The position numbers were made by a program, and so were the translations under genes. Source: Octopus vulgaris (lineage: Eukaryota). From it: a DNA stretch of 64,000 nt. Under the pieces are notes generated by a model. It made no database searches. It saw only the letters and a list, made by a program, of their open reading frames with translations, and was not told where the DNA came from. Location: positions 46,562,001 to 46,626,000 of the forward strand of contig OX597828.1 of NCBI GenBank assembly GCA_951406725.2. Direction: 5' to 3'. Below are positions 27,599 through 42,751 of the stretch, one piece after another (the first letter of the stretch is position 1; every line of letters starts with the position of its first letter).

Positions 27599-28368
27599 CC
27601 TGCTCGCTTAGCCAGCGGGGTGGCGTCGTTTGAAGGCTAAAACAATGCGAACGCATTGTGACCAGCGATGTGTAACAACATCTGATGGTCTGGTCGGTCC
27701 CGTGATCCTGTGATATATATATATATATATATATAAATGTAATATGTGACAATTATTCGGTAGCCAAGGTAAGTTTACAGATAAACTCCTCTATTTACAT
27801 AGTATCGAGGTCTCTTTCTTTCTTTTGTTATCTTACTGTCTTTATCAATATATATATATATATATATCTGAATGTATGTATGTATGTATGTATGTATGTA
27901 TGTATGTATGTATGTATGTATGCATATTAATGAATATATATGGCTGCATGGTAAGAAGTTTGTTTCCCAACCAAATAGTTCCGAGTTCAGTCCCCCTGAG
28001 TGGCACCTAGGACAATTGTCTACTGCTATAGCCTCGGGCCAAAGCCTTGTGAGTGGCTTTGCTAGACGGAAACTGAAAGAAGCCCGTAGTAGATATATAT
28101 GTATATATGTATGTATTTGTGTGTTTGTGTTTTCCCTGTGCTTGCAAAGAATAAGTCCAGGGTTTGTTCGATGAAAGGCGGTGCTCCAGCATGGCCGCAG
28201 TCAAATAACTGAAACAAATAAGCGAATGAAAGTACAAACAATCAATATTACTATATACGCGGTCTGCTCAATTAGTGTACAAGCTGTGGACATAGTAACG
28301 AAGCTAAAGCATGCGGGGTCAAGCTGCTTGGCACAGATTGACCTCCAACTGCGTTTCTTTCTGTGTTC

Positions 28369-28404
28369 CTTTCTGCGGAAGAGCGTAGGCTCGAAACGTT
28401 AGAG
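28369..28404 (+). ncRNA. Hammerhead-like motif with non-canonical core (CUGCGGA), same family as 8592
   Basis: CUUU-CUGCGGA-A-GAGC-GUAG-GCUC-GAAAC-GUU^AGAG. The element ends in (TA)n at ~28493. Confidence 0.55.
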
Positions 28405-28489
28405 AGTTTTTCAAGTCCCGAGCGTTAAACTAATACATCTGTTTGTTGTCTACACCACCTGTGTCGTCTTTTGATTTTTTGCGAGTTCT

Positions 28490-28545
<56 letters not shown>

Positions 28546-28626
28546 ATATATATATATATGTTCACATACATACATGTCTATACATGTAAGTAAGGGTATA
28601 TATATGTCTATATAAATATATTATAA

Positions 28627-28843
28627 AGGCGGTGAGCTGGCAGAAACGTTAGCATGCCGGGCGAAATGCGTAGTCGTATTTCGTCTGTCGTTACGTTGTG
28701 AGTTCAAATTCCGCCGAGGTCGACTTTGCCTTTCATCCTTTCGGGGTCGATAAATAAAGTACCAGTTACGCACTGGGGTCGATGTGAACGACTTAATCCC
28801 TTTGTCTGTCCGCTTTTGTCCCCTCTATGTTTAGCCCCTTGTG
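28627..28843 (+). mobile_element. SINE family C
   Basis: Head plus central domain. Confidence 0.88.
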
Positions 28844-29067
28844 TATATTATATATGTGTGTATGTGTGTGTTTAAATATGTAAATGTGTATATATGTATA
28901 TATCTACGCATGTATTCACTTACGTATTTATAAAAATATATGTGTGCATATATACACATATGCACACAAGCTCATACAAGCATAGAAACATACATACACA
29001 CACATATACATATATACACATATTAATATAAACATATGTGTGTATATATATATGTGTATATATGTAT

Positions 29068-29100
<33 letters not shown>

Positions 29101-29107
29101 CATACAT

Positions 29108-29185
<78 letters not shown>

Positions 29186-29368
29186 TCCTACATATATAAC
29201 AGACATATGATCCTAGATTAATTCGGGTAGTTTAAACTTTGATCCCATATTTGTACCTAATTCCAGAATGTTTTTTGAAAATTTCTATTAAAATATAATA
29301 TCACGAAAAGAAAACCTATAAGTATATCTATCAATCAATCAATCTATCTATCTATCTATCTATCTATA

Positions 29369-29405
<37 letters not shown>

Positions 29406-29406
29406 C

Positions 29407-29437
<31 letters not shown>

Positions 29438-29647
29438 CTTCCTCTCTCTCTCCCTCTCTCTTTCTCTCCATATATGCATATATACGTATATATAAATCTT
29501 TATGTATGTTTATATGTACTTATACAAGTATGGCAAAATGTTGAGGCTAAATGTTTTAAAAGTATTTATCTATGAACTTTATCAGATTAATGTATGTATT
29601 AAAATGCATGTTGAAGAACATTCGTAACTATGTAAATATGTAAATGT

Positions 29648-29686
<39 letters not shown>

Positions 29687-30299
29687 ATCATCACACTCAC
29701 ATAAATATATATACACACTCATACACCTATATATATTATGCATATGTATCTGTATACATATACATACACACACACGCATATATAAGATTCATATCTACAT
29801 TTATTACATATATTTCCACACATTATGAACATATGTTATATATGTACATGAGTGCGTGTGTGTATGAGTGTATGTATATACATATATATGTATGCGTACA
29901 CAGACAAACACACAAACAAATATATACATGTTTACTGAAAGAACTGGCAAAATAGTGATGGTGGTGGTGGTGGTGGTGGTGGTGGTGGTGGGGTGGGAGA
30001 AAGAACAGGAAAGGTTCAACAGGTTGAATGCTTAGATAAGCATTTTTTAATATTCTTCATACTGAAATAATAAAAAAAAAACCAACTTCATGATTTTAAT
30101 CGCCGAAATAATTCCAGAACGGAAAAATAATAAAATGACAAAAAAAAAAAAACGCCAAAAGAAAATATCCAAATAACAACAACAGCGTCAACAACAGCGT
30201 CAACAACAACAGGAACAACAAGAACAGTTAAAAAAATTAGTACTGAATATAAAATATTCCAAAATATAAAAAAGAAAAAAAATACGCCTCACACGTACC

Positions 30300-30375
<76 letters not shown>

Positions 30376-30728
30376 TATACATACACAAATACAGACGCAC
30401 TGACACCTCTAACTTCATGGAATTATATATGTGATTATGTCTCGTAAACGCATACACGTATATTTGCAGACATGTTTCTGCGTAGGCGTCCAAGGGGAAA
30501 GTGTTCGGTTCCTGCGAATTTTTTTTTTTTAATATCATTTCAAAAGTAGCTTATTGATAGAAATTTCCAGAATCACCTTCGCCAAGCTTATATTGCGTTT
30601 TGCTTGTTAGCCTTTGTTTCTTTTCTTTCTTCTTCCCCCCTTCTATGTATCTATCTATCTATCTATCTATCAACCAATCTATCTGTCTATTAGATTTGTT
30701 TATATATATATATATATAAACAAATCTA

Positions 30729-30784
<56 letters not shown>

Positions 30785-30792
30785 ATATATAA

Positions 30793-30835
<43 letters not shown>

Positions 30836-30840
30836 AAATC

Positions 30841-30874
<34 letters not shown>

Positions 30875-30875
<1 letters not shown>

Positions 30876-31265
30876 GAGGGCTGCATGAAAACTTTTGAGC
30901 CTAACCAAGAAATGGGGCTGTCAGGTAGCTGAAACAATTTTTAAGCTAATTTTCATGATTCTGATATTTTAATTTTTGTTTTGTTGCAGATTTTTGAATA
31001 AACAAGCGTCGAGGTTACAAGGAAAATGGAGAAAACTGAGTATTGTGCTGTCATAATGTACCTTCATTTTGAAAGACATGATTCCATCAGAAATCCATGA
31101 AGATATGTGGAGAAACTTAACAGACAATGCTACTTCATATGAAACAGTCAAACGCTGGGTAAATGAATTCAAGCGTGGCAGGGAGACTGTGGATAATGAT
31201 CCCATGCCAGGAGACCTCCAACTGCAATCACTGAGGACCACATTGACCTTGCTCTTGGTAAGAGA
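30875..31265 (+). mobile_element. Mariner 5' fragment (TIR plus N-terminal HTH)
   Basis: TA|CGAGGGCTGCATGAAAACTTTTGAGCC terminus; MEKTEYCAVIMYL / EIHEDM..SYETVKRWVNEFKRGRETVDNDP. Confidence 0.8.
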
Positions 31266-31279
31266 ATGCATACACACAC

Positions 31280-31381
<102 letters not shown>

Positions 31382-32096
31382 ATGTATGTGTGTGTATATG
31401 TTTGTGTATCTGTGCTTGCTTCCCCAACATCGCTTGACAACCGATGCTGGTGTGTTTACGTCACCGTAACTTAGCGGTTCGGCCAAAGGGTCCGATAGAA
31501 TAAGTACTAGGTTTACAAAGAATAAGTTCTCGGGTCGATTTGCTCGACTAAAGGCGGTGCTCCAGCATGGCAGCAGTCAAATGACCGAAACAAGTAAAAG
31601 AGAGTAAGCTTTAAAATTTTGTTCAAGTTACTAAGTATTCGGAGCGAAAACGAGACCCCATAATCTCCTGATCGGGAAAATTAAAATATTTTAAGTTCTC
31701 GGCCATTCTCAAACTTTCATACACATAGAGACCAGTTGTAACACACACATTCAGACACGCATGCACACACACACCGACCGGCACTCCCTCAGTTTCGATG
31801 ATGTGGGTTGTAGCAGATCCGTTGAACTGATCAGCCGGCTCATGAAATTGAAATGTACGTAGTTGTGCTCTCCACGGACACGAGTATCTTTAACGTAGTT
31901 CTGGAGGTGCAGCGTGATACAGAATGAGAAAAAACTGGTTATTTTCAAATACATTTACAATTCCTTTTTGCTACTTGAGTGGACACAACTAGCTGAATAT
32001 ATCCTAACCACTAAGTCACCCATCTCCACATACACTCACAAACACACATACAAGCACACACGCACAAACACACACACACACACACGCATCATATAT

Positions 32097-32398
32097 ATGT
32101 TTGTTCCTTCTCGAGCCATGCCTGGCTCATAAGGGCCGGTTTCCCGGTTTCTTGGCATATAGGTTCCCCACCTGGATGGGACGCCGGTCCGTCGCAGGTG
32201 AGCTGCAAGATGCAGGAGAAAAGAGTGAGAGAAAGTTGCGGCGAAAGAGTCAGCAGAAGTTCGCCATTACCTTCTGCCGGAGCCGCGTGGAGCTTAGGTG
32301 TTTCGCTCATGAACACCCACATCGCCCGGTCTGAGATTCGAAACAGCGATCCCTCGACCATGTATCTGCTGCTCTAACCACTAGGCCATGTGCCTCCT

Positions 32399-32400
<2 letters not shown>
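32097..32400 (-). mobile_element. SINE family B head with tail type 3 (V-domain-like)
   Basis: B-type head followed by CCTGCGACGGACCGGCGTCCCATCCAGG. Confidence 0.75.
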
Positions 32401-32432
<32 letters not shown>

Positions 32433-32435
32433 AAT

Positions 32436-32830
32436 ACTCTTTTATTCTCTTTTACTCTTTTACTTGTTTCAGTCATGTGACTGTGGCCATGCTAGAGCAC
32501 TGCCTTTAGTCGATCAAATCGACCCCAGGACTTATTTTTTGTAAGCCTAGTACTTATTTTATCGCTCTATTTTTTGCCGAACCGCTAAGTTACGGGGACG
32601 TAAACACACCAACATCGGTTGTCAAGCGATGTTGGGGGGACAAACACAGACGCACAAACACGCACATACATATATGCATAGATATACATATATACGACGG
32701 GCTTCTTTCAGTTTCCGTCTACCAAATCCACTCAAGAGGCTATAGTAGAAGACACTTACCGAAGATGCCACGCAGTGGGACTGAACCCGGAACCATGTGG
32801 TTCGTAAACAAGCTACTTACCACACAGCCA
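32436..32830 (-). mobile_element. SINE family A
   Basis: Head and tail. Confidence 0.88.
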
Positions 32831-32911
32831 CAAACAGATACGCATCAAGCACACACGTACACATTCCTACTCACATACAAATGCCAATCATGTAACGCAT
32901 ACATTCACATA

Positions 32912-32944
<33 letters not shown>

Positions 32945-33235
32945 TGCCTTTTCCATATAATGCTCGGCAATTTTCGCAAACCGAATTCATCAAATCGGTT
33001 ATTGTTTTTTTTTATGTCGTTTCCTTTCTATCTCTCCAAGCTTATCTCTTATGTTTTTGATTATCTTAATGTCTTTATTATGACTTTAGTTTGAAATCTC
33101 TGAGTAGATTCACTGAAAATAGTTCTAGCGAGAAGAAGTCGTAGCTCCAAGAATGGTTATGAACGTATGAGGAAACTATTTATGTACAAGTACATACCAA
33201 AATTTAGTAAAACACAAGCATATGTGTTATATATG

Positions 33236-33278
<43 letters not shown>

Positions 33279-33317
33279 GTATGTATGTATGAATGACTTA
33301 TGAATGTATGTATATAT

Positions 33318-33549
33318 ATTTCTTTATTGCCCACAAGGGGCTAAACATAGAGGGGACAAACAAGGACAGACAAAGGGATTATGTCGATTACATTGACCCC
33401 CAGTGCGTAACTGGTACTTTATTTATCGACCCTGAAAAGATGAAAGGTAAAGTCGACCTCGGCGGAATTTGATCTCAGAACGTAACGGCAGACGAAATAC
33501 CGCTAAACATTACGCAAATGCGCTAAGGTTTCTGACAGCTCGTCGCCTT
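33318..33549 (-). mobile_element. SINE family C
   Basis: Full length. Confidence 0.88.
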
Positions 33550-33617
<68 letters not shown>

Positions 33618-33702
33618 GCGTGTGCGTGTGTGTGTATATTTGGTTGACAGTTATATTTGTTCGTCTTTTTCCATTTATCTTAATCTTTATTTTTGAACAA
33701 CA

Positions 33703-34116
33703 GGCGCAGGAGTGGCTGTGTGGTAAGTAGCTTGCTAACCAACCACATGGTTCCGGGCTCAGTCCCACTGCGTGGCATCTTGGTCAAGTGTCTTCTACTA
33801 TAGCCTCGGGCCAACCAAAGCCTTGTGAGTGGATTTGGTAGACGGAAACTGAAAGAAGCCCGTCGTATGTATGTATTTATATATATATGTGTGTGTGTGT
33901 ATGTTTGTGTGTCTGTGTTTGTCCCCCTAGCATTGCTTGACAACCGATGCTGGTGTGTTTACGTCCCCGTCACTTAGCGGTTCGGCAAAAGAGACCGATA
34001 GAATAAGTACTGGGCTCACAAAGAATAAGTCCTGGGGTCGATTTGCTCGACTAAAGGCGGTGTTCCAGCATGGCCGCAGTCAAATGACTGAATCAAGTAA
34101 AAGAGTAAAAGAGTAA
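33703..34116 (+). mobile_element. Full-length SINE family A
   Basis: Complete head and tail. Confidence 0.92.
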
Positions 34117-34134
34117 CAGTTTCACAAACCAATC

Positions 34135-34500
34135 AATAATATAGTCTCCTTCAGACTTATTTGCAGCGTTCCACTAGCTTGTCAAAGCTTAGATACCTTG
34201 GCCTTAGATATCACCGTGTCTAGTTGCGAGGGGTTCCTTGATCCACGATTTCAGCTTCAAACTTTTGATGATGAACGAAACACTTCACACACTTGGTGAG
34301 CGAGCGAAAAAGGTGATCATGAGACAACACTAAATCAGAGGAATACAGTGGGTACGCAAAAACACCCCAACCAAGTTTTTGAATAGCATCTTGCGTCAAA
34401 TAAGAGACGTAGGTACGAGCATTGTCAAATTGAAAACGCGTGCTGTGTGGCCAGTCAGTTTGTTTCAGCTCAAATGCTTTTTTAGCCTGTGAATGCAAAG
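34135..34500 (-). mobile_element. Mariner transposase C-terminal remnant
   Basis: FDNART..TQDAIQKLGW..YPLYSSDL..DHLFRSL (decayed HDNARPH/YSPDL motifs). Confidence 0.75.
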
Positions 34501-34701
34501 TTTTACATAGACTGTAGGTTTGTTTTCAAGCATTTTGTAGTTGATTAACCCTTCTCAGTTTTACAAACGAATTAAGGCGACTAGCGGTGACTTTCAGGTG
34601 TTTTAACACCTGAGTGGCTGTCTGTTGTGAGATATGAACCACATCGTGATAGCAGTATATACTCTCCGGGAAAATAAGTGAAATAGTTTGAATATCTATC
34701 A

Positions 34702-34757
<56 letters not shown>

Positions 34758-34758
34758 G

Positions 34759-34893
<135 letters not shown>

Positions 34894-34972
34894 GTATGTA
34901 TGTATGTATGTATGTATGTGTGTTTCTATGAATGTATAAGTTTTGTAGGCAAGGAAAGTGGCGTTAATTTGA

Positions 34973-35037
34973 CTAGTCTCAAGTCTTTACAAGCAATCTT
35001 TAGAGGAGGCTTAATCTCCTCTCAGCAGTGAGATTAG
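34973..35037 (-). ncRNA. Degenerate hammerhead-like fold
   Basis: CUAAUCUCA-CUGCUGA-GAGGAG/CUCCUC-UAAA...UGAGACUAG. Strong stems I and II, but GAAA and stem III are damaged. Confidence 0.4.
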
Positions 35038-35048
35038 CAGTTTTTTTC

Positions 35049-35124
<76 letters not shown>

Positions 35125-36113
35125 CTATATCTATATATATATATATATATTTATATATATAAGGACTGAGTATAACTTGGTACAATATTGTATGTTTATC
35201 AAAATGGTAACCATAACAGCAACAAAAGACGACAACAAAAACAAAGCCAGCAGCAGCAACTGTATAACCAGTGGTAGAAACAGGATTCTGAAAGGCAAGA
35301 GATGTGTGTAGATAAGTTTAGCAACGCGGGAGTGCCTTCACCACCAAAAATATCACAGTACTATCAACAAAATATACGAGTCATACACACAGTGATAAAT
35401 GCACCAAACAGCCTTTCCACTATTTTTGCTCAAAATTCCACGACTCTTTGGAATTCTCGTGAAATGACGAAGGGAAAACAATATGGATATTGGATCATGG
35501 GGTATTTTGGTAGTGGGGAATTTGGAGAGAATGACTTAAGAACGGATGTCGTTCTACAACGAAATATTGTTTTCAAATTTTGTTACAAGACCAGCGATTC
35601 TGGGGGAGGAGTAAGTGGGTTACATCGACACCAGTGTTCAACTGCTGTTTATTTTATCAACTCCGAAAGGCTGAAGGGCACGATCGACCATAGCGGAATT
35701 CGAACTCCGAACGCAAAGACCGACGAAATGTCGCTATGCATTTTGTCCGGTGTGCTAACGATTCTGCCAGTTCTCCACCTTATTTACAACGAAATACTGA
35801 AAAAAGAGATGAGCTGCGAAGGAGACTTGAAGCCAATCAGCCGCTACCAGCACCATAACATTGACAACATATGTAGCGATTTTAACCCAAATCCTCGCAA
35901 CAACACGATCGAATTCATCGACCAGAACAAAAATGTCAAGGGGCGAGATCTTTTATTATCCTGCGCTGTTTTCATTGCTATGACATAATGTCAATATAGC
36001 CTCGATCCTGCAGTATCTATTTCCTGCGTTACTTAGGATTCCAAACCATTTACTGATTTTTCACTGAAAATAGAATTATTGGTTCCCGTGTCTCTGAGAT
36101 ACTCAGCCACTTA

Positions 36114-36760
36114 CGAGTGCTGTTCATTAAAGATTTCCCCTGACCCACTTCCCAAGGACGAAACTTGCCATACTTATTAGTTCTCTACATTGCCACTACC
36201 GATGTTGACACACTTCTCCCATCGCTTTATGCAGCTATGAAGACTTCGTCCTTAGAAGTCGGTAGGTTGCTTCTAGATCCAAGACTTTACATTAGACATG
36301 GATGGATGGAAGCACTCCGTCGGTTACGACGACGAGGGTTCCGGTTGATCCGAATCAACGGAACAGCCTGCTCGTGAAATTAACGTATAAGTGGCTGAGC
36401 ACTCCACAGACACGTGTAGCCTTAACGTAGTTCTCGGGGATATTCAGCGTGACACAGAGAGTGACAAGGCCGGCCCCTTGAAATACAGGTACAACAGAAA
36501 CAGGAAGTAAAAGAAAGTTGTGGTGAAAGAGTACAGCAGGGATCACCACCATCCCCTGCCGGAGCCTCGTGGAGCTTTAGGTGTTTTCGCTCAATAAACA
36601 CTCACAACGCCCGGTCTGGGAATCGAAACCGCGATCCTATGACCGCGAGTCCACTGCCCTAACCACTGGGCCATTGCACCTCCACACATTAGACATACGT
36701 TCATCATCATCCGAAAAGTGCTTCACGTTCAAAAAAGACTTCATGATGACCTTTCAAGTA
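36114..36760 (-). mobile_element. Mariner 3' end interrupted by a SINE
   Basis: TA-CGAGTGCTGTTCATTAAAG TIR-like end; KHFSDDDE..VKSWI..IKRWEKCVN..G.NVE across the SINE. Confidence 0.65.
36300..36685 (-). mobile_element. SINE family B (tail type 1)
   Basis: 11-bp TSD ACATTAGACAT (36289-36299 / 36686-36696). Confidence 0.93.
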
Positions 36761-37874
36761 TAAGAACCTGATCACTGATCTGCATCCAACTGCCTCCATT
36801 ATAATACCTTAGTCCACTTCAGCAGCCGTAAGAGACAAATGAATACTAGTGGAAAGCTGCAATTTGCAATGTGGCATGGAGAGACATATATGATTATATC
36901 TGTACTAGTTCTTGTTTCCTGAATTAAGCGGAAGTGGGTCAGAGAAAATCTTTAATGAACACCTTTCGAACACATTAATTTTACGAGCTGGAATTCAGTT
37001 GTTCAAATAAGTGATATCTCATCATTGATAACCGCCGAGAAGTCTGTTATTTTTAGCAGTGCATCAACCTGCAATAGCTAGTTATTTACATCAATGCACT
37101 TATGCGTGGCCGCTTGGTAGTGGTGGGTTCCTTCGTGTTAATGTAGACTATTTGTTTTTATCTGTTTGCGGAGGTCCTGGCTAAGGTTCGAGTGTGTGTA
37201 GTAATACCAGTCGTCCATTCATTCAAATCTTTCCTTTATTCGACACCAATGCTCTTCACGGGAATGGTTACTGGCGTTGGCACCGATGCACCTCAGCACC
37301 TGTGTCATCCCAGGCGTTACTACCAGAAAACAAAGGACATGTAGCGATATATCAAAAGGCATCTTGTCGGACGTCAAGTCACCACCTCGAACTGATAGAT
37401 TTTTCCTCAGCCCGAAAGGATGGAAATCAATATTGATTCCGACGGAGACATTTTATCCAACGTTTTAACGAGTCTGCCAACTGAAGGCCTTACTCTTCAA
37501 TACGTCCATTAAATCACGTCGTATCTCAAATAATAAAAAATATGTATTGAATTATATAGTCCCGACATCATTTCTAAATATGATGATCATACTAGAATGT
37601 GCATATTTTATTACACAAAAACTGCATTAGACTGTCATAGTTTCCTGCATTCAGAGCAAAATGTACAGCCAAACGCAGGTGAATTGACTTTCACACAGAC
37701 GACTTTGGAGGGCCAAAAGTTCCATGTTAAATGTTGAATGATTTGGAAAGTCAATGTTCATGTCTGATTGTTTACACTACATGTTTACACCTTATGCTCG
37801 ATCGAATTGTATGATAGAAAATAAGGCATGTACTTCTTTGCTGACATGTTTAGATTTGTGATGTAAAGTTATAT

Positions 37875-38106
37875 ATTTCTTTACTACCCACAAGGGGCTA
37901 AACACAGAGGGGACAAACAAGGACAGACAAACGGATTAAGTCGTTTACATCGACCCCAGTGCGTAACTGGTACTTAATTTATCGACCCCGAAAGGATGAA
38001 AGGCAAAGTCGATCTCGGTGGAATTTGAACTCAGAACGTAACGGCAGACGAAATACGGCTACGCATCTCGCCCGGCGTGCTAACGTTTCTGCCAGCTCGC
38101 CGCCTT
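37875..38106 (-). mobile_element. SINE family C
   Basis: Full length, flanked by an AGATGTAAAG-like duplication. Confidence 0.88.
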
Positions 38107-38212
38107 CAGATGTAAAGATATAACGAAGGAATTTACACAGTAGTTAGCATTCTACGCTTCAATGATCAGGACAGAATATACAAAGGGAAACACGAATGCA
38201 ACAGCATCATGC

Positions 38213-38660
38213 GTGGAGGCGCAATGGCCCAGAGGTTAGGGCAGCGGACTCGCGGGCGTAAGAACGCGGTTTCGATTCCCAGACCGGGCATTGTGAGTGC
38301 TTATTGAGCAAAAACATCTAAGCTCCACGATACTCCAGTGTGGGGCGGGGTTGAACCCTACTGTACTCTTTTACTACAAAGCAGAGGAACCATGTTGTAA
38401 CTCACCATGGTGTGGTAAACTTTCAGATCCTAGTCTAGATTGCGAATCCTCTTTACCCCAGGATGGTTCAGCTCTCCACCCGTTAAAAAAAGCCACCGTT
38501 TACGGAATGAAGATAACAACGTAACTTTCGCTCCCGTGCAACCGCCAGTCTATTCGGGTGTGGTGGGTGGATCTTCAAGTTGCCACACGCATTCTTAGTA
38601 GCTTAGAGTAGGCTCGAATTCGAGATTTTTCTTTGTGGCTAATGGCGTGAGTTCTGATTG
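38213..38660 (+). mobile_element. SINE family B head with tail type 4 ending in (GAA)n
   Basis: B-type head 38213-~38375, unrelated body, then (GAA)n. Confidence 0.6.
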
Positions 38661-38693
38661 GAAGAAGAAGAAGAAGAAGAAGAAGAAGAAGAA

Positions 38694-38736
<43 letters not shown>

Positions 38737-38891
38737 TTGATGAAGATGATGATGAAGAAGAAGAAGAAGGAGAGGAGGAGGAGGAGGAGGAGGAGAAGAA
38801 GAAGAAGAAGAAGAAGAAGAAGAAGAAGAAGAAGAAGAAGAAGAAGAAGAAGAAGAAGAAGAAGAAGAAGAAGAACAAGAACAAGAGGAAG
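38661..38891. repeat. Compound (GAA)(GAT)(GAG)(GAA) trinucleotide tract
   Basis: Direct observation. Confidence 0.95.
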
Positions 38892-39486
38892 ACAGCATCC
38901 TGCTTAAACACGTTTACAGAGGAATAGACAAGAAAAACCAAACAAATAATACGTCGTTCGGTCCGGGGATTGAAACCACAAACCTGTAAGCATGAGTTGA
39001 ACATTAGGCTTCCACAAAAGAATAACTGTCGGAGTAATTAAACCAAAAGTCGCATCCTGAAAAAAAAAAGGAAAATGAAGAAAAAAATAGACTCATAACA
39101 AAACGAAATTGTTTACGCTTAAACAAAAACAGATATGTGTATACATTAACACTAATAGCTATATTAGAGAATAGGGTTTAATGTCGATTAGAATAGGGTG
39201 TTGGAGTCAGGGACTCTGGAGTAAAGCTAAGCAGCAGAGCGAATAATGATTTCCATGCTATCATTTAAAGTAAAAAAAAAAAGAAAGAAAGAGAACGAAT
39301 TAATAGAGAATATTATAACATAATATAAACCGGATGATGGTCATTATCTATTAAAAGTAGATAAAATTATAATATTAAAATATGTCTGATTCAAAATGAT
39401 GATATTTAATACAAGTTGATGCATTGTTTCTTTCTGCGACCATATGGTGCACACTCATCACATAAGTGTCATATTTACACACACAC

Positions 39487-39528
<42 letters not shown>

Positions 39529-39844
39529 ACACATACGTATACATATATATGTATATGCATACGTTTATATACGTACACGTATATATATATACAAACATAT
39601 ATTTATATTTATATATAAAATTATATGTATATATATATATATATACACACACATATATATATACAAACATATATATACATATATATTTATATTTATATAT
39701 AAAATTATTTATATAAATATATATTATTTATATTTCTGTATTTGTATTTGTTTATCTAAATGTGTGTGTGTGCCTACGTATATATATATGAGCGGTACAT
39801 CATTTGTACGATGTGGAGAATATACCGCCAACTTTGCCCAAACG

Positions 39845-40208
39845 ACTTTAACATTAGCTTCAAGGTTCATCCAAGACTGGGACCACGGGCCATACGTCCC
39901 CTGCCCAATTCAAGATCACAACATACATGTACACTGCAACATAATTTCTTTTCCTCAACAGGCCCTGCCCTATTTAACATTGTCCCGAGGGAGATCAAAG
40001 AGGAAAAGGATCCCATCAACTTTAAACGGAGTCTGGATAGATTCCTTCAAAGAATACCAGATAAGCCACCCATAATTGGATACAACTCACCCAACAAGAA
40101 CTCACTACTTGAACAAAACTTGACTTAAACAGGATTCAAATAATCCTATCAGGTGGTGCTATTAAGTTAGAAATGGCCCGGACCAATCTTTGGTCGAAAC
40201 ATATCTAA

Positions 40209-40211
<3 letters not shown>
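39845..40211 (+). mobile_element. LINE (CR1/L2-group) ORF2 C-terminus and 3' UTR
   Basis: HPRLG...FFSSTGPALFNIVPREIK..FKRSLDRFL..IPDKP..GY...NSLL*, then a short UTR ending at (TA)n. Confidence 0.8.
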
Positions 40212-40276
<65 letters not shown>

Positions 40277-40606
40277 TATAATATCGTGTGCATGCGTACT
40301 TCGTCCCGTGTGTCTGTGTATTTGGATCTTTCTTCAGTTTCGACGATAAACCTTAAATTGTTCGTTCGATCAAGCGGTATTACCTTTAAACTTTAAAGAC
40401 CAAGCTGCTGAGAATTCTACAGAACGATCTTTCATTTAGTTCTCACGCCGAGTTAGCGTCCGAAACTAATCTTTCATTCAGTAACGGGCTCGATCCATCC
40501 GCCAAGTTTCCTAAAGATTTACGTCTACTCGATTTCATTCATAAATACTAATAATAATAATAACAATAACATCAAAAAATACCTTAGGAATGAGAAATTT
40601 CCCAAA

Positions 40607-40652
40607 GACACCTGATGAAGGCTGGAGGGTATATCAGCCGAAACGTTGTGTT
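40607..40652 (+). ncRNA. Minimal type-I hammerhead ribozyme (headless copy of the 4435-4703 element, ~40548-40700)
   Basis: GACAC-CUGAUGA-A-GGCUG-GAGGGUAUAU-CAGCC-GAAAC-GUU^GUGUU. All core nucleotides intact. Confidence 0.85.
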
Positions 40653-40837
40653 AATAACAAACGAGATGACGACAAATATCCGTCAAATGTAAATAATATA
40701 TATTCTTTTATTTGTTTCAGTCATTTGATTGCGGCCATGCTGAAGCACTGCCTTTAGTCGAACAAATCGACCTCAGGACTTATTCGTCATAAGTCTAATT
40801 CTTATACTATCGATCTCTGTTGCCGAACCGTTAAGTT

Positions 40838-40881
<44 letters not shown>

Positions 40882-40882
40882 G

Positions 40883-40919
<37 letters not shown>

Positions 40920-41186
40920 GACGGGCTTCTTTCAGTTTCCGTCTACCAAATCTATTCATGCGGATTTCGTCAGCCCAATGTTATAGTTGAAGACACTTGC
41001 TCTAGGTACCACGCAGTGAGACTGAACCCTGAACCATGAGATTGGTAAGCAAGCTATTTACCACACATGCGTGTGCACATAAAGATGTGTATGTAATTCT
41101 GTGTGTGTGTGTGTGTGTCATTTATATTTATGAGAAATGAATTTTTTTTCAAATTGTTTACACGTGAATCTATGCTTGTAAATATA

Positions 41187-41217
<31 letters not shown>

Positions 41218-41295
41218 GTCTGTGTGTGTGTGTGTATGTATGTATATATATGTATATATGCATGTATATATACATATATATACATATATATATAC

Positions 41296-41362
<67 letters not shown>

Positions 41363-41401
41363 TACATATATATATATACTTATATATATATATATATATA
41401 T

Positions 41402-41463
<62 letters not shown>

Positions 41464-41738
41464 TATTCTTGTTCTTTCATGTTTTATCTATACACTTAAG
41501 ACAAGTGGTTCTCCAATCGTGGCCATAATCTACCTAGAATTTTAATGATTCCACGTGTGACATGAATGTCTGCTTGTCTCCGTCAGTTCTTATGTTCAGT
41601 ATGTGTATAAACACACACACTTACACACACACACATGCACACTCGTAAAAACTATGTATATATGCATATAAGTACACACAGACAGACAGACACACACTGA
41701 TATGTATATGTGTATGTATGTATATATATACATATCTA

Positions 41739-41822
<84 letters not shown>

Positions 41823-41846
41823 AAGAGAGATACAGACAATTTAACT

Positions 41847-41917
<71 letters not shown>

Positions 41918-42382
41918 GAGGAGACAGACAGACACATAAATACAAGCATAGACAGATAGACAGACAGAAAGGTAGACCGATAGATAGGTATATACATACA
42001 TAAAAACAACATACATTCACACATGCATGCATACATACTTACATACATACATACTTTAATCTACGTGCACACGGATACAGTTTCATCTCCATCATTGGAC
42101 AGCGCCCATGCTGTTTTACTGCATTTAAAAGTTCTCAGTTCTCATATGTGACCTCAGTACAGCTTATGTCAGCGTAATACTTCGATCATATAGAGTACAG
42201 ATTGTAATATCAATTAATAAATGACAGACGAACGGGAGTCACGTAATCACCTACGTTATTTTAAGGCTGTTCCTACTATGAATAGCAATGCATCCATAGA
42301 GCAGACAATATCTTATAACTTGATTAAAATAAAAACTTCATTTTGATGACATCGGATAAACCGCTGCTATTCTTACTAAAGT

Positions 42383-42751
42383 GGGAAGCACTCCGTCGGT
42401 TACGACGATGAGGGTTCCGGTTGATCCGACCAACGGAACAGCCTGCTCGTGAAATTAACGTGTAAGTGGCTGAGCACTCCACAGACACGTGTACCCTTAA
42501 CGTAGTTCTCGGGGATATTCAGCGTGACACAGAGAGTGACAAGGCCGGCCCTTTAAAATACAGGTACAACAGAAACAGGAAGAAAGAGTGAGAGAAAGTT
42601 GTGGTGAAAGAGTACAGCAGGGATCACCGGAGCCTCGTGGAGCTTTATGTGTTTTCGCTCAATAAACACTCACAACGCCCGGTCTGGGAATCGAAACTGC
42701 GATCCTACGACCGCGAGTCCGCTGCCCTATCCACTGGGCCATTGCGCCTCC
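42383..42751 (-). mobile_element. SINE family B (tail type 1)
   Basis: Imperfect TSD TCTTA(C/T)TAAAGT. Confidence 0.9.

Noticed and set aside
35302-35988. 228-aa ORF, the longest non-repetitive one in the track
   Set aside because: It runs through an antisense decayed family C SINE and has no recognisable domain, so it is likely a chance frame.
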